Of a DNA stretch of 41,633 bases, positions 9,396-20,457 are shown one piece after another. Position numbers and translations under genes: made by a program. Numbering within the stretch: the stretch's first letter is position 1; each line of letters begins with the position of its first letter. Location: the NCBI GenBank assembly GCA_021850635.1, contig JAJZLM010000003.1:1-41633 (forward strand), given 5' to 3'. A model generated the notes under the pieces. That model was given only the letters and a program-made list of their open reading frames with translations, made no database searches and was not told the DNA's origin. The DNA comes from Nanobdellota archaeon (lineage in GTDB: Archaea > Nanobdellota > Nanobdellia > Parvarchaeales > Parvarchaeaceae).

Positions 9396-10052
9396 ATGGA
9401 TAAAAAAGAACTATCAAAAGCTATAGAAATATTAAGAAAGAGATATAACGTAAAAATAAGAAGAGAGAAACCGTTCGAGATACTTGTGCATGGTATACTG
9501 TCCACAAGAACAAAAGATACTACAACTTTTCCAGCCCAAAAAAGGCTGCTTAGGGCAGCGGGTACTCCCTACAAATTAGCGCTGATGAAAGACAAGGAGA
9601 TAGAAAAACTGATCTATCCCGTAGGGTTCTACAAGACTAAAGCTAAACTTCTGAAAAGGTCGTGTGCTATGCTTATAGATGATTTCGGCGGCAAGGTACC
9701 TTCCGATAAAAAAGATTTGATGAAATTGCCAGGAGTGGGGCACAAGGTAGCGGCTTTAGTGCTCGTGTGGGCTTTCGGGCTCCCATATATACCAGTCGAT
9801 ACGCACGTGAATAGGGTGTCAAAAAGATGGGGGGTAGTAGGCGAAAGGGAAAAACCGGAACGCACCGAAGAAATACTAGAATCGATGCTACCAGACAGGC
9901 TCAAAATAATAGCAAATCACACCCTGGTAATGTTTGGGAGAGACATATGCAAACCCGTAAGGCCTATGTGCTACCGCTGTCCTGTTTATAGTTACTGCGC
10001 TTATAAGAAGAAAGAGTATTATAGAAGGATAGAAAGCGGCAAACTATTATAA
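9396..10052 (+). CDS. nth: Endonuclease III
   Basis: HhH LPGVGHKVA, PVDTHVNRV, 4Fe-4S motif C-x6-C-x2-C-x5-C. Confidence 0.95.
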   Translation: MDKKELSKAIEILRKRYNVKIRREKPFEILVHGILSTRTKDTTTFPAQKRLLRAAGTPYKLALMKDKEIEKLIYPVGFYKTKAKLLKRSCAMLIDDFGGKVPSDKKDLMKLPGVGHKVAALVLVWAFGLPYIPVDTHVNRVSKRWGVVGEREKPERTEEILESMLPDRLKIIANHTLVMFGRDICKPVRPMCYRCPVYSYCAYKKKEYYRRIESGKLL

Positions 10053-10077
10053 ATCTGTACGCATAGTATTATTATGT

Positions 10078-10851
10078 ATGATACCAGCAAAGAGCAGATC
10101 CGACTTTGTAACGTCTTTGTATTCTGGGATAGCACTCAAAGGAGTGTTGAAATGGCCTATACTACCAGTGTTCATAGCGTTGTCAGCTTCCTTATTTTTG
10201 ATAGTTTACGTCGGTTTATATTCTCTTCTCAACTTAGGCATAACTAATCAATTCGTGAGGGGGTACACAAACGTCTATCCATATTATGTGGTCCCATCAT
10301 CGCTCGCTCTAGTTGCACTGGCTTTCTTTTTATATTTTTATTTATTATCGCTGACGCTCGAGATAAAAGGGATGCTAGATTCCAAAGTACATAGAGGGAT
10401 GTTTACTATGATGGTAGCCACACTGTACAAATACCCGAAGTTCCTGGTAGCCAGCGTGTTCCAGTTGTTCGTCTTCATAGGCGGATTAATTTTGTTCGTT
10501 ATACCTGGTTTTTATCTAGGCACTAAGACTCTGTTTTTTTCCGTCGCAAGCTATAGCGGAGATTTTACGCTGTATGGAGCACTAAAGGAATCCAATTTCA
10601 CTGTGAGTGGTTCATTCTTGAAGTGCTTGTACCTTCTTATCGCATATTTCGCTATATTCGTAGCTTTAGTGTACACAATATCCTTTGCCGATCTATCTGC
10701 GATGTGGGATATCTTGTTTATCAGCGTGATAGTATCTTTTGTTTCTATATCATTCTTGTCCAGTTCGGATACGCTGTACTATATCATAAAGTCCCAGAGT
10801 ATGTATAGAAGGTCCCCGTTGATCAGGCAGTTTCTCGGCAACCCTATCTAA
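10078..10851 (+). CDS. Hypothetical integral membrane protein
   Basis: About 6 hydrophobic segments; GLILFVIPGFYL motif typical of DUF7847/GDPD-anchor-like membrane proteins. Confidence 0.7.
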   Translation: MIPAKSRSDFVTSLYSGIALKGVLKWPILPVFIALSASLFLIVYVGLYSLLNLGITNQFVRGYTNVYPYYVVPSSLALVALAFFLYFYLLSLTLEIKGMLDSKVHRGMFTMMVATLYKYPKFLVASVFQLFVFIGGLILFVIPGFYLGTKTLFFSVASYSGDFTLYGALKESNFTVSGSFLKCLYLLIAYFAIFVALVYTISFADLSAMWDILFISVIVSFVSISFLSSSDTLYYIIKSQSMYRRSPLIRQFLGNPI

Positions 10852-10925
10852 AAGTACCGCCTATGCAATGGTAAATGCTTATTTTTTACCACTTTTTGGA
10901 CTTTTTACATAAAAATTCACTGAAC

Positions 10926-10940
10926 GAAAGCTTTATATAT
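10926..10940 (+). promoter_or_regulatory. BRE-TATA promoter of the RNA polymerase operon
   Basis: GAAAGC-TTTATATA about 50 nt upstream of rpoH; same AAAGCTT(T)ATA motif at 34208 and 41315. Confidence 0.6.
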
Positions 10941-10989
10941 TCATATTATCAACTTTACTAATTGAAAAATCACTCATGAGGTTCCCTGC

Positions 10990-11223
10990 TTGGATTTAGA
11001 TGTTTTTAGTAGCCGTCTTTCGCCGAAGTATAGGATACTTGCTCAAGAAGAAGTAAATGACCTTTTGGATAGGTTTAAAGTATCCATAAGAGATATACCT
11101 AAGATAAAGTTTATAGACCCTGCTGTGAAGCAGTTGAATGCAAATGAAGGAGATGTAATCGAAATAACCCGCAACAGCACAACCGCGGGTGAAGCGAAGT
11201 ACTATCGCCTTGTTGTGAAGTGA
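10990..11223 (+). CDS. rpoH: RNA polymerase subunit H (Rpo5)
   Basis: IPKIKFIDP, GDVIEITRNSTTAGEAKYYRLV; TTG start after GAGGT. Confidence 0.95.
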   Translation: MDLDVFSSRLSPKYRILAQEEVNDLLDRFKVSIRDIPKIKFIDPAVKQLNANEGDVIEITRNSTTAGEAKYYRLVVK

Positions 11224-11229
11224 TATAAT

Positions 11230-12702
11230 ATGGACAATGGTGAAAAACTGCTAGAAGCTTATATAAAGTCGAACAACATTGCAAGTCACCACATCTCGTC
11301 TTTCGAAGTTTTTTTGGATCAAGGCATACAAAAAATAATAGACAGCGAAGGCATGATAGAACCAGTTATAAAACCACAAGGGGTAAATAACTTCATAATA
11401 AAACTAGGCAAGGTTACGATCGGTAAGCCAGATGTACTGGAAGCAGATGGAGTACTAAGACAACTCAATCCAATGGAGGCTAGAATAAGGGATCTTACTT
11501 ACGATGCACCGATGGTGCTGACAGTCTCCTACATAGCGGATAAGAAACAAATAGCGGAAGAACAGGTCTCTATAGGCAGAATCCCCGTGGTCGTAAAATC
11601 TAAGTACTGCAATCTTCATGGCCTGTCTAGTGAGGAACTAGCTAAGCTCAGCGAAGATCCAGACGACCCCGGCGGCTATTTTATAATAAACGGCACTGAA
11701 AGAATAATAATAACCACAGAAGATCTTGCGCCTAACAATATCTTAGTCAGCAAGGAGAATCAAGAAGGATTCGTGTATTCAGCTAAGATATTCGCGGACG
11801 CTGAAAATATAAAAGTGCCGCATTCTATACAATTATCCAGCAGCAACCTACTGTATATAACGTTCGGGAAACTGAAAAAGGTGCCGATTTTTACTTTGAT
11901 TAAAGCATTGGGATTCACAAGCGATAGGGAGATCATAAAGAAGATAGCTCGCGGTGATGACGACATTGAAAACACAATAAACATAAACCTTTTGGCTTAC
12001 GATCCAGGCACGGAAAAAGAAGCTTTGGAGACTATAGGAAAATCTCTGCATTCAGTGCATCCGATAGACACAGCGTCTTCAAATATAGATGCTCTCCTGC
12101 TGCCTTTTATAGGTAAGGATGAGAAGTCAAGGAAATTAAAGGGAGAATACCTGATGTATGCTATATCTCTTTTACTATCATACGCTATAAATAAGAAAGA
12201 GGTAGATAAGGACCACTACTCCAATAAAAGACTCCACGCTGAGAACTACAATCTAGACATGCTATTCAGATTCGTGTTCAAACAGATACTAAACGATGCG
12301 AAATACAACTTTGAAAGAGGGATACGAAAGGACAGGATACCAAATCCAAAGCACATATTTACTTCTGACCAGCTCACTTCAAGGTTAAGGTCGTCTCTAG
12401 CTACAGGCCAGTGGGTCGGTGGAAGGGTCGGAATAACGCAACATCTTAACAGAAGGAGTTTTCCGGATACAGTCTCACATCTTAGAAAAGTAGAATCGCT
12501 TCTTACATCTAACAGAGAGAACTCAAGGGCTAGAGACCTACACGGGACCCATTTCGGAAGATTCTGCGCTACAGAAACCCCAGAAGGTCCTAATATAGGT
12601 CTGACAAAAAACATAGCAGTGCTTGCTAAAATATCCGAGGATGGGATAGACACAAAGGACGTGATGGAAAAGATAAAGGAATACGGAGTGAAATCTATAT
12701 GA
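11230..12702 (+). CDS. rpoB2: RNA polymerase subunit B'' (Rpo2N)
   Basis: PMEARIRDLTY, DPGGYFIINGTER, ETPEGPNIGL. Confidence 0.96.
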   Translation: MDNGEKLLEAYIKSNNIASHHISSFEVFLDQGIQKIIDSEGMIEPVIKPQGVNNFIIKLGKVTIGKPDVLEADGVLRQLNPMEARIRDLTYDAPMVLTVSYIADKKQIAEEQVSIGRIPVVVKSKYCNLHGLSSEELAKLSEDPDDPGGYFIINGTERIIITTEDLAPNNILVSKENQEGFVYSAKIFADAENIKVPHSIQLSSSNLLYITFGKLKKVPIFTLIKALGFTSDREIIKKIARGDDDIENTININLLAYDPGTEKEALETIGKSLHSVHPIDTASSNIDALLLPFIGKDEKSRKLKGEYLMYAISLLLSYAINKKEVDKDHYSNKRLHAENYNLDMLFRFVFKQILNDAKYNFERGIRKDRIPNPKHIFTSDQLTSRLRSSLATGQWVGGRVGITQHLNRRSFPDTVSHLRKVESLLTSNRENSRARDLHGTHFGRFCATETPEGPNIGLTKNIAVLAKISEDGIDTKDVMEKIKEYGVKSI

Positions 12703-14501
12703 GTTTCGTTTTCGTGAATGGAGTTCTTACCGGTCAGACAGACGAGCCTCGTAAGTTAGTTAAGAACCTGATATCGGATAGAAGAGAGGGTAAACTCACG
12801 CAGAGTCTCAATGTACGTTACAGAGAGGAAACGGACACTGTAGTCATAAACACGGACGGCGGCCGCCTAATCAGAGCTCTCATAGTAATCAAAAACGGTA
12901 AGCCACTGGTCACAAAAGAGGACATAAACCTGTTAAGCGACGGACACCTTACATGGGACGACCTCGTAAAACAGGGTAAAATAGAATACTTAGACGCAGA
13001 CGAGGAAGAGGACGCTTACATTGCATTAAACGAAAACGAATTAACACAAGAGCATACTCATATGGAGATAACTCCCTTATCCGTATTCGGTACACAGGTT
13101 TCTATGCTTCCTTTTGTCAACCACAGCAATGCACACAGAAATGTTACTGCTGTGAAAAGTGTACAACAGGGAGTCGGAGTATACTCAAGTAATTATCTGA
13201 TAAGGATGGACAACGATTCTATGGTAGCTATAGACCAACAGATACCGGTGGTTAAAACTAAGATGTATGACGAGCCTTCCTTCAAAAACCATGTTTTCGG
13301 TCAGAACATAGTCGTAGCAGTGGTATCCTACTTAGGATATAACATGGACGACGCTGTCATAATAAACAAAGCTTCTATAGACAGGGGACTGTTCAGGTCC
13401 ATGTTCTTCAGGCCGTATAAAATAGAAGAGACCAGATATATAGGAGGACAGAGCGACAAGATAATAGTACCAGACAAAGACGTAGTGGGGTACAGATCCG
13501 AAGATGCTTATAGGTTCCTCGATGAAGATGGGATAGCTTTCCCGTCCGTAGAAGTGGACAGTGGAGACGTCCTAATAGGCAGAGTGTCTCCTCCAAGGTT
13601 TATATCCTCTATAGATAAGTTCAGACTAGGCGTTCAGAAACAGATAGAGACGTCTGTCGAATGCAGGACTGGAGAAGGAGGAATTGTGGACAACGTTTTC
13701 GTCACGTCTACGTTCGACGGTAATAAGTATGTATCTTTGAAAGTCAGGCAGGACAGGCGCGTAGAGATAGGAGATAAATTCGGTTCTAGAAGCGGACAAA
13801 AAGGCGTGGTCGGCATGCTTCTTAACGAGGAGGATATGCCTTTCACATACTCTGGTGTGATTCCAGATCTAATATTCTCACCGTATTCATTGCCTGCTAG
13901 AATGTCTATGTCATATATGCTAGAGCTTATAGCTGGTAAAGTAGGCGCACTCGGTGGTAGATATGTTGATGGCACCCCATTCATAGGAGAAGACGAAGAA
14001 TCGCTCAGGAAAGAGCTAAGTTCGTATGGCTTCAGAGAGGATGGAGTAGAGACTATGTATAATGGTATAACAGGAGAAGAGATGAAAGTCAGGATATTCG
14101 TCGGCGACATGATGTATATCAGGCTGAAACACTTCGTCTCTAACAAGATACAGTGGCGTTCTAGAGGGCCTATCCAGCTTCTTACTAGGCAGCCAACTGA
14201 AGGAAAATCAAAGAGCGGCGGACTTAGACTTGGAGAAATGGAGAAAGACTGCTTTGTTGCTTACGGCGCAGCGCTAGCGCTAAAGGAGAGGTTCGATTCG
14301 GACAAGATATCTATACCTGTATGTTCCAAATGCGGTCTCATCGCAGTATATAATGTGCGCAAGAAGACAGGATATTGCCAGATCGATGGAGAAGAAGCGC
14401 CTATAAAATTGATAGAGGTGTCCGCTTCGTTCAAGATTCTCCTCGATGAGCTCAAAGCGGTAGGCATATACCCGAAGATATTGTTAGGTAAAAAGGTATG
14501 A
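12699..14501 (+). CDS. rpoB1: RNA polymerase subunit B' (Rpo2C)
   Basis: GYNMDDA, GDKFGSRSGQKG, RQPTEGK, GGLRLGEMEKD, C-terminal Zn site. Confidence 0.96.
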   Translation: MSFVFVNGVLTGQTDEPRKLVKNLISDRREGKLTQSLNVRYREETDTVVINTDGGRLIRALIVIKNGKPLVTKEDINLLSDGHLTWDDLVKQGKIEYLDADEEEDAYIALNENELTQEHTHMEITPLSVFGTQVSMLPFVNHSNAHRNVTAVKSVQQGVGVYSSNYLIRMDNDSMVAIDQQIPVVKTKMYDEPSFKNHVFGQNIVVAVVSYLGYNMDDAVIINKASIDRGLFRSMFFRPYKIEETRYIGGQSDKIIVPDKDVVGYRSEDAYRFLDEDGIAFPSVEVDSGDVLIGRVSPPRFISSIDKFRLGVQKQIETSVECRTGEGGIVDNVFVTSTFDGNKYVSLKVRQDRRVEIGDKFGSRSGQKGVVGMLLNEEDMPFTYSGVIPDLIFSPYSLPARMSMSYMLELIAGKVGALGGRYVDGTPFIGEDEESLRKELSSYGFREDGVETMYNGITGEEMKVRIFVGDMMYIRLKHFVSNKIQWRSRGPIQLLTRQPTEGKSKSGGLRLGEMEKDCFVAYGAALALKERFDSDKISIPVCSKCGLIAVYNVRKKTGYCQIDGEEAPIKLIEVSASFKILLDELKAVGIYPKILLGKKV

Positions 14502-17023
14502 AACTGGATACGAACTTCGTTTTTAACAAAATAGACGGGATAGAATTCGGGATATTATCCCCAAAGACTATCCAAAAAATGAGTGTGGTAGCCGTAGCTT
14601 CGTCCGAGCTATATGATATAGATGGTTTCCCTGTAGACGGTGGTCTATCCGATCTTAGGATGGGTGTAACAGATCCAGGCTTGCTGTGTAAAACGTGCGG
14701 CAACACAATAAGAGACTGTCCAGGACACTTCGGCCACATAGAACTTGCGAGACCTACTTTCAACGTTAAGATGGTCCCATTCATCTATAACCTGATAAAT
14801 GCGACTTGTAATTCGTGCGGCAGGATACTCATACCAGAAAACAGCCTTAAGAAATTCAGCGAGCTATTAGTGAATGTAGAAGCACACGAAGGCCTGCAGA
14901 AAAAGAACAAGACGATAAAGGCTATAATAAAGCACGCAAAGAATGTAAGCGTCTGTCCTTTCTGTCACGAAAAACAACAGAAGATAAAACTTGAAAAACC
15001 TTATACTTTCATGTACGCTGGACAAAAGCTCACAGCGGTAGATGTACTTGAGAGGCTGGAGAAAATAAAAGACTCTGACCTGCAATTTATGGGTCTAGAC
15101 CCGGACCATTCAAGGCCGGAATGGATGGTAATAACGCTGTTGCCTGTGCCCCCTATAACCATAAGGCCTTCGATAACGCTGGAAAACGGTCAAAGAAGCG
15201 AAGATGACCTTACACACAAGCTTACGGACATAGTCAGGACAAACCAGAGATTGGCGGAAAACATAAAGTCAGGTGCACCGGAGATAATAATAGACGAGCT
15301 GTGGGACCTGCTTCAGTACCACGTCACTACTTTCATATCTAATGGAACCGCTCAGATACCAGTCGCACGTCACAAGTCAGGCAAGAAATTGAAGACGTTG
15401 GAAGACAGGATAAAAGGAAAGGAAGGACGTTTCAGAAGTTCAGTTCTTGGTAAGAGGGTAAATTATGGAGCACGTTCCGTCATAGCTCCAGATCCGTTTT
15501 TAAGACTAGATGAAGTAGGGGTGCCTATAAAGATCGCAAAGGAAATAACTTTTCCAGAATATGTTACCGATATAAACATAGACAGGATGAAAACGCTGAT
15601 AAGAAACTTGAATTCTTACCCCGGTGCTAATTATATAATAACCCCAGATGGCATAAAGAAGAAAATAACCTCCACGACAGTAGACAACACGGTAGAGGAG
15701 CTTAAACCAGGGTATATAGTGGAGAGGCACATAATGAACGGAGACATAATACTATTTAATAGACAGCCTTCTCTGCACAGACTATCTATAATGGGGCACT
15801 ACGCGAAAGTACTTCCTTATAATACACTAGGTATAAACCCTTCAGCTACACTGCCTTACAACGCAGACTTCGACGGAGACGAGATGAATATACATGTGCT
15901 TCAAAACGAGGAAGCGCTGGCAGAAGCAGATATGATAATAAACATAAAACACAATATAGTTTCCCCAAGGCACGGACTTCCTCTTATAGGTGCAGTCCAG
16001 GACTATATATCAGGATGTGCAATACTTACTTCAAAAGATATGGTAGTTGACAAAGCTACTGTAGAGTTGTTCCTATCAGCTATAGACTTGCCCGTCCCGT
16101 TGAAGAAAGAGAAATACAGCGGCAGAGAAGTTTTCAGTATGATACTGCCGGGCGATCTAAACTTTGAGGGGCAGAGTACGACGTATAAAATAACCAATGA
16201 CGATGATGCGTATGTCAGGATAAAGAATGGAAAGCTTCAGACCGGTGTTATAGACAGCGCTATTATAGGTAAGGAGAATGGAAGTCTCCTGCAGTTCCTT
16301 TTCGTAAGATACGGACCGGATCTAACATCGCGTTTCATAGACAGATTCTCCAAGCTGAGCCTAATAGTATTGCTTAAACACGGTATGAGCATAAGCATAA
16401 GAGATTTCGACCTGCCCGAAGCAGCGTATCACAAAATATCAGAAGTAGTAAAGGAAGGAGAAGTCTCCGCAAACGCTATACTAAACGAACCGTCAAAGCA
16501 GCTTTTGGAGCCCAAGATGGTTAGCCTCACGAATAAGCTCAAAGTCAGGGTGAAGAATATTATAAGCACTTTCATAGAGAGCAGGAACAACAATGTAGAA
16601 GCGATGATGAACACAGGTGCTAAAGGCAGTATGACTAATCTTATACCTATGGTCGGACTAGTCGGTCAGCAGCTCCTTAGGGACGCGAGGATAAACAATG
16701 GTTTCGAGGGAAGATTAACGGCGCACTTTAAGAAAGGCGATGAAGGTTTGATAGCAAAAGGATTCGTGACGTCTAATTACAAGAAAGGATTAAACCCGGT
16801 GGAATATTTCCTGCACGCTGCGAGTAGCCGTGAAGGGCTGATGGACAATGTGATTCGTACTCCTATCTCTGGTTATATGCAGAGGCGTCTGTCATCGGCT
16901 TTACAGGACCTCAAAGTGACTAAGGATCTTTCGGTAAGATTAGGGAATAAAATAATACAGTTCACTTACGGTGAGGATGGATTAGACGTGTCCGCCAGTG
17001 ATAAGGGAGAATTGAACATTTGA
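14498..17023 (+). CDS. rpoA1: RNA polymerase subunit A' (Rpo1N)
   Basis: [18 protein letters not shown], catalytic NADFDGD, bridge helix SGYMQRRL. Confidence 0.97.
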   Translation: MKLDTNFVFNKIDGIEFGILSPKTIQKMSVVAVASSELYDIDGFPVDGGLSDLRMGVTDPGLLCKTCGNTIRDCPGHFGHIELARPTFNVKMVPFIYNLINATCNSCGRILIPENSLKKFSELLVNVEAHEGLQKKNKTIKAIIKHAKNVSVCPFCHEKQQKIKLEKPYTFMYAGQKLTAVDVLERLEKIKDSDLQFMGLDPDHSRPEWMVITLLPVPPITIRPSITLENGQRSEDDLTHKLTDIVRTNQRLAENIKSGAPEIIIDELWDLLQYHVTTFISNGTAQIPVARHKSGKKLKTLEDRIKGKEGRFRSSVLGKRVNYGARSVIAPDPFLRLDEVGVPIKIAKEITFPEYVTDINIDRMKTLIRNLNSYPGANYIITPDGIKKKITSTTVDNTVEELKPGYIVERHIMNGDIILFNRQPSLHRLSIMGHYAKVLPYNTLGINPSATLPYNADFDGDEMNIHVLQNEEALAEADMIINIKHNIVSPRHGLPLIGAVQDYISGCAILTSKDMVVDKATVELFLSAIDLPVPLKKEKYSGREVFSMILPGDLNFEGQSTTYKITNDDDAYVRIKNGKLQTGVIDSAIIGKENGSLLQFLFVRYGPDLTSRFIDRFSKLSLIVLLKHGMSISIRDFDLPEAAYHKISEVVKEGEVSANAILNEPSKQLLEPKMVSLTNKLKVRVKNIISTFIESRNNNVEAMMNTGAKGSMTNLIPMVGLVGQQLLRDARINNGFEGRLTAHFKKGDEGLIAKGFVTSNYKKGLNPVEYFLHAASSREGLMDNVIRTPISGYMQRRLSSALQDLKVTKDLSVRLGNKIIQFTYGEDGLDVSASDKGELNI

Positions 17024-17024
17024 T

Positions 17025-18146
17025 ATGGAAATACCTGAAAAATACATAAAACTGTACAAGAAAAAATACGGTGAGAAAGCGGACATAGAGGAGCTTAAGA
17101 AACTGTATGAACATTCGCTCATAACTCCTGGGGAAGCCGTAGGTGTTATAGCTGCACAGAGTATAGGTGAGGCAAGTACTCAGCTTACATTAAGAACGAA
17201 ACACGCGGCAGGTCTTACTGTTATAAATACTACTTCGGGTCTGCCTAGATTGGTCGAGATATTCGATGCGAAAAAGGAGATATCCACGCCGGTGATGGAA
17301 CTGTACCTAAAACCAGAATATGCAAAATCCAAGGAAAAAGCGTCTGATTTCGCTTCCAGGATAATAGAAATAAAGATAGGGGATATAATATCATCTTATG
17401 ATATATCATTGCGTAAAAAATCAGTGGAGCTAATGCTCGATAGGGACGCAATGAAGGAATACGGCCTTAACATAAAGCACATAGAATCCAAGTTTTCCAA
17501 AACTAAGTTAAGCGCAAACATAGACAGCGAGAAGATAACTATCGTAGATAAATCAGCTGACAGCGTCAAGAAACTTATTAAATTGAGGAACAAGATGGTA
17601 GACGTAACCATATCCGGTATACCTCACGTAAGTAGGGCCATACTTAACAAGAACAATGATGGGACTTTTTGGATAAAAACTATGGGTTCTAACTTGGAGG
17701 AAGCCATGAAAATGGAGGAAGTGGACCAAAGCAAGACTGTATCGAATGATATAATGGAAGTAGCCAACGTTCTAGGTATAGAGGCTGCGAGGAATGTTAT
17801 AGTAGAAGAGGTTTACAACACCCTCCAGAATGTCGGGTTGAACGTTGATTTCAGGCATATCTTTTTGATAGCAGACGCAATGTGTGTAGACGGCACAGTC
17901 CGTGGCATCGGAAGGTATGGTCTTAGTGGAGAAACAGAGTCTGTTTTTGCGAGAGCTTCTTTCGAGATACCGCTTAAGCACTTGGTGGAGGCTAGCCTTT
18001 ACCATGAGACAGACAAGTTTAGCTTCGTTGCTAACAACATAATGTCTAATCAAGTGATACCTATAGGTACGGGAGCAATAAAGTTAGTGGTGAATGAAAA
18101 TGGAAGAGGAGATAAGGAAAAAGATACAGGAGAAAATAAAGAATAA
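17025..18146 (+). CDS. rpoA2: RNA polymerase subunit A'' (Rpo1C)
   Basis: [40 protein letters not shown]. Confidence 0.96.
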   Translation: MEIPEKYIKLYKKKYGEKADIEELKKLYEHSLITPGEAVGVIAAQSIGEASTQLTLRTKHAAGLTVINTTSGLPRLVEIFDAKKEISTPVMELYLKPEYAKSKEKASDFASRIIEIKIGDIISSYDISLRKKSVELMLDRDAMKEYGLNIKHIESKFSKTKLSANIDSEKITIVDKSADSVKKLIKLRNKMVDVTISGIPHVSRAILNKNNDGTFWIKTMGSNLEEAMKMEEVDQSKTVSNDIMEVANVLGIEAARNVIVEEVYNTLQNVGLNVDFRHIFLIADAMCVDGTVRGIGRYGLSGETESVFARASFEIPLKHLVEASLYHETDKFSFVANNIMSNQVIPIGTGAIKLVVNENGRGDKEKDTGENKE

Positions 18147-18357
18147 AGCTGTTTTTATAGGACTTAATTCAACTTTAAGAGGTATAGAGAACGGCGAAGT
18201 GGAGCTTGTAGTATACGCTTCAGACGTTAGCGAGAGCATAAAGAACGAGCTTTCGGAGTCTAAAGTAAAACTCTACGCATATGACGGGGACAATGAAGCA
18301 TTGTCCATAGCCTGTGGTAAATCCTTCAACATATCCGTTTTGGGACTTAAAAAATAG
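18100..18357 (+). CDS. rpl30e: 50S ribosomal protein L30e
   Basis: L7Ae/L30e-fold pattern (IGLNSTL...LVVYASD...LSIACGKSF); conserved position between rpoA2 and nusA. Confidence 0.85.
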   Translation: MEEEIRKKIQEKIKNKAVFIGLNSTLRGIENGEVELVVYASDVSESIKNELSESKVKLYAYDGDNEALSIACGKSFNISVLGLKK

Positions 18358-18360
18358 CGT

Positions 18361-18765
18361 ATGAGTATAAAATTAGACAGCGATACGATATCAGTAATGA
18401 ACGTTTTCTCTGATGTCACGTCTATACCAGCCAGAGATTCGTTCGTAGAAGACGATAAAGTAATATTCGTTGTAAGCCAAGGTCAAGCTGGCATAGCGAT
18501 AGGCAAAAACGGGGTCAAGATAAAGATGTTGCAGGAGATGTTAAAGAAAGAAGTCATAGTAATAGAATATTCAGACGACCCTGTAAAGTTATTCGAGAAT
18601 GTTATACACCCGAATAAGCTTCTGTCAGGCTACGTAGCCAACGATCAGGACGGTTCGAGGAAACTGGACGTGTATGTAGACGCGAAACCATCGCGTTCTA
18701 GGGTGAAACTGGTAAAATCGGTAATGCAAAGGTATTTTAATATAACTAATGTAAATATCAGATAA
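18361..18765 (+). CDS. nusA: Archaeal NusA (KH domain)
   Basis: GIAIGKNG KH motif, VIEYSDDP; operon position. Confidence 0.92.
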   Translation: MSIKLDSDTISVMNVFSDVTSIPARDSFVEDDKVIFVVSQGQAGIAIGKNGVKIKMLQEMLKKEVIVIEYSDDPVKLFENVIHPNKLLSGYVANDQDGSRKLDVYVDAKPSRSRVKLVKSVMQRYFNITNVNIR

Positions 18766-18768
18766 ATT

Positions 18769-19206
18769 ATGGGAAATAAAACTAGAGGACTTTTCAATGG
18801 GAGAATGCTACTGAGAAGAAAGGATAGAGTAAGATTCAGTAAAAATAGGAGTAGGTCTCACCTTTTCAAGGACTGGGAGAAATTCGATCCATTAGAAGGA
18901 GCCCCACAGGCCAAAGGAATAGTGCTGGAAAAGGTTGAAGTTACTCCTAAGAAGCCATCCTCTGGTAAAAGAAAATCGTGCAAAGTCCAACTTACTAAAA
19001 ACGGCAAGATAGTGACCGCTTATATACCGATGAATAAAGGCATATCATTCGTGGACGAGCACAATGACGTCATGATAGAAAGGATAGGAGGAGCACAGAA
19101 AGGCGCTAGAGGAGACCTGCCAGGCGTCAAGTTTAAAGTGATAAGCGTCAATGGTATAGCGCTTAAAGAGCTAGTAAAAGGACGAAAGCAGAAACCAGTG
19201 AGATAA
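18769..19206 (+). CDS. rps12: 30S ribosomal protein S12
   Basis: PLEGAPQAKGIVLEK, GDLPGVKFKV. Confidence 0.96.
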   Translation: MGNKTRGLFNGRMLLRRKDRVRFSKNRSRSHLFKDWEKFDPLEGAPQAKGIVLEKVEVTPKKPSSGKRKSCKVQLTKNGKIVTAYIPMNKGISFVDEHNDVMIERIGGAQKGARGDLPGVKFKVISVNGIALKELVKGRKQKPVR

Positions 19207-19878
19207 ATGGAAGAAAAAGATAACGTCGTTGCTGAGAAAAAACATGCAAGAGAGGAGAAACACGAGGCCAATCCAGACGTGAAGGAAACGCAGGATATAA
19301 AGCTATTTGGAAAGTATGATTTCAACGTGGAACTAAAAGACCCCGGTCTAGCCAGAGTTATATCTATAAAGCCGGTTCTCATGCCTAAAAGCGGAGGGAA
19401 GACGTCGCAGCAGCGGTTAGCTCGTGGTAAAGTCAACATAGTGGAGAGATTGATAACTCACTTGATGGTGCCTGGTCACAAGGGTAAAAAACATCTAAGG
19501 TCCTCGAAGTTGGCGTCTGGTAGATTTTATACAGCATTTACAGTAGTCGACGAGTCTTTTGACAGGATACAAAAGGAAGGAAAGAGCCCAATCCAAGTCC
19601 TGATAAAAGCCGTAGAAAACTCAGCGCCAAAAGAGGAAGTAATGTCCCTTTTGATATCCGGGCAGAGAATAGCTAAGCAGGTGGATACTTCACCGATGAG
19701 GAGATTGGATCTTGCATTGAGATGGATAGCACAGGGAACTTTCCAGCTTTCATTCTCCGGTAAGAAAGCGAGCGACGCTCTGCACGACATACTTATAGGA
19801 GCGGCGAACAACCAAGATTCCGTGTTCCCAATCTCTAAGAAGATAGACACAGAAAGGCAAGCTGATTCAAGCAGATGA
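19207..19878 (+). CDS. rps7: 30S ribosomal protein S7
   Basis: IKLFGKY, IVERL, AVENSAPKEE, VDTSPMRRLDLAL. Confidence 0.96.
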   Translation: MEEKDNVVAEKKHAREEKHEANPDVKETQDIKLFGKYDFNVELKDPGLARVISIKPVLMPKSGGKTSQQRLARGKVNIVERLITHLMVPGHKGKKHLRSSKLASGRFYTAFTVVDESFDRIQKEGKSPIQVLIKAVENSAPKEEVMSLLISGQRIAKQVDTSPMRRLDLALRWIAQGTFQLSFSGKKASDALHDILIGAANNQDSVFPISKKIDTERQADSSR

Positions 19879-20403
19879 TCGCTGCTTTTTATACGTTTTC
19901 TCTATACTAAGGATATACTTGCTGTAATCCTCATCAAAAACTTCCGGTCTTTTTCTTTCTTTGACAAAAGACACTATAGACTCGACGGTTTTGTCGATGT
20001 CTTTTGTATTATCCAGTTGTATAATATTCTTATGCAACCGCGATGCTTCCAGGAATTCTCCGTCTATAGCTTCGAACATAACATTGTCATACGCCTTTTT
20101 CCTGCTATAGTTCCTTTTTTTTAGACGCTCTGCCAACACCAAGGGAGAACAGCGGAGTACAAAAAACGTCTTTATTCTATGGTCTTTCAGAAAATGTGAT
20201 AGATGCGACACTATTATAGTATTATCCTCCAGAGCTACAGACAGCTTCTTGTTCATATCACGAACAGACACTTCCTTTTCCCTACCGTAGGGAATGTTTA
20301 GGAGTCGGTTTATCTCTACGACTTTATAACCAAGTTTTTTGCCTACAAGCTTGGCAACCTCGCTTTTTCCCACACCAGGCGTGCCACTTATCGCTATTAT
20401 CAT
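19867..20403 (-). CDS. Adenylate kinase AK6/Fap7 family
   Basis: ISGTPGVGKS, IIVSHL, VLRCSP..L.ERLKKRNY. Confidence 0.88.
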   Translation of the reverse strand: MIIAISGTPGVGKSEVAKLVGKKLGYKVVEINRLLNIPYGREKEVSVRDMNKKLSVALEDNTIIVSHLSHFLKDHRIKTFFVLRCSPLVLAERLKKRNYSRKKAYDNVMFEAIDGEFLEASRLHKNIIQLDNTKDIDKTVESIVSFVKERKRPEVFDEDYSKYILSIEKTYKKQRSSA

Positions 20404-20457
20404 ATTCTATTACCCTCAGTTCGGCTTATATATTTGTCAAGTGCAATATTTTATGTT

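Noticed and set aside
11230-18146. Split rpoB and rpoA as a novelty
   Set aside because: Standard in many Euryarchaeota and DPANN.
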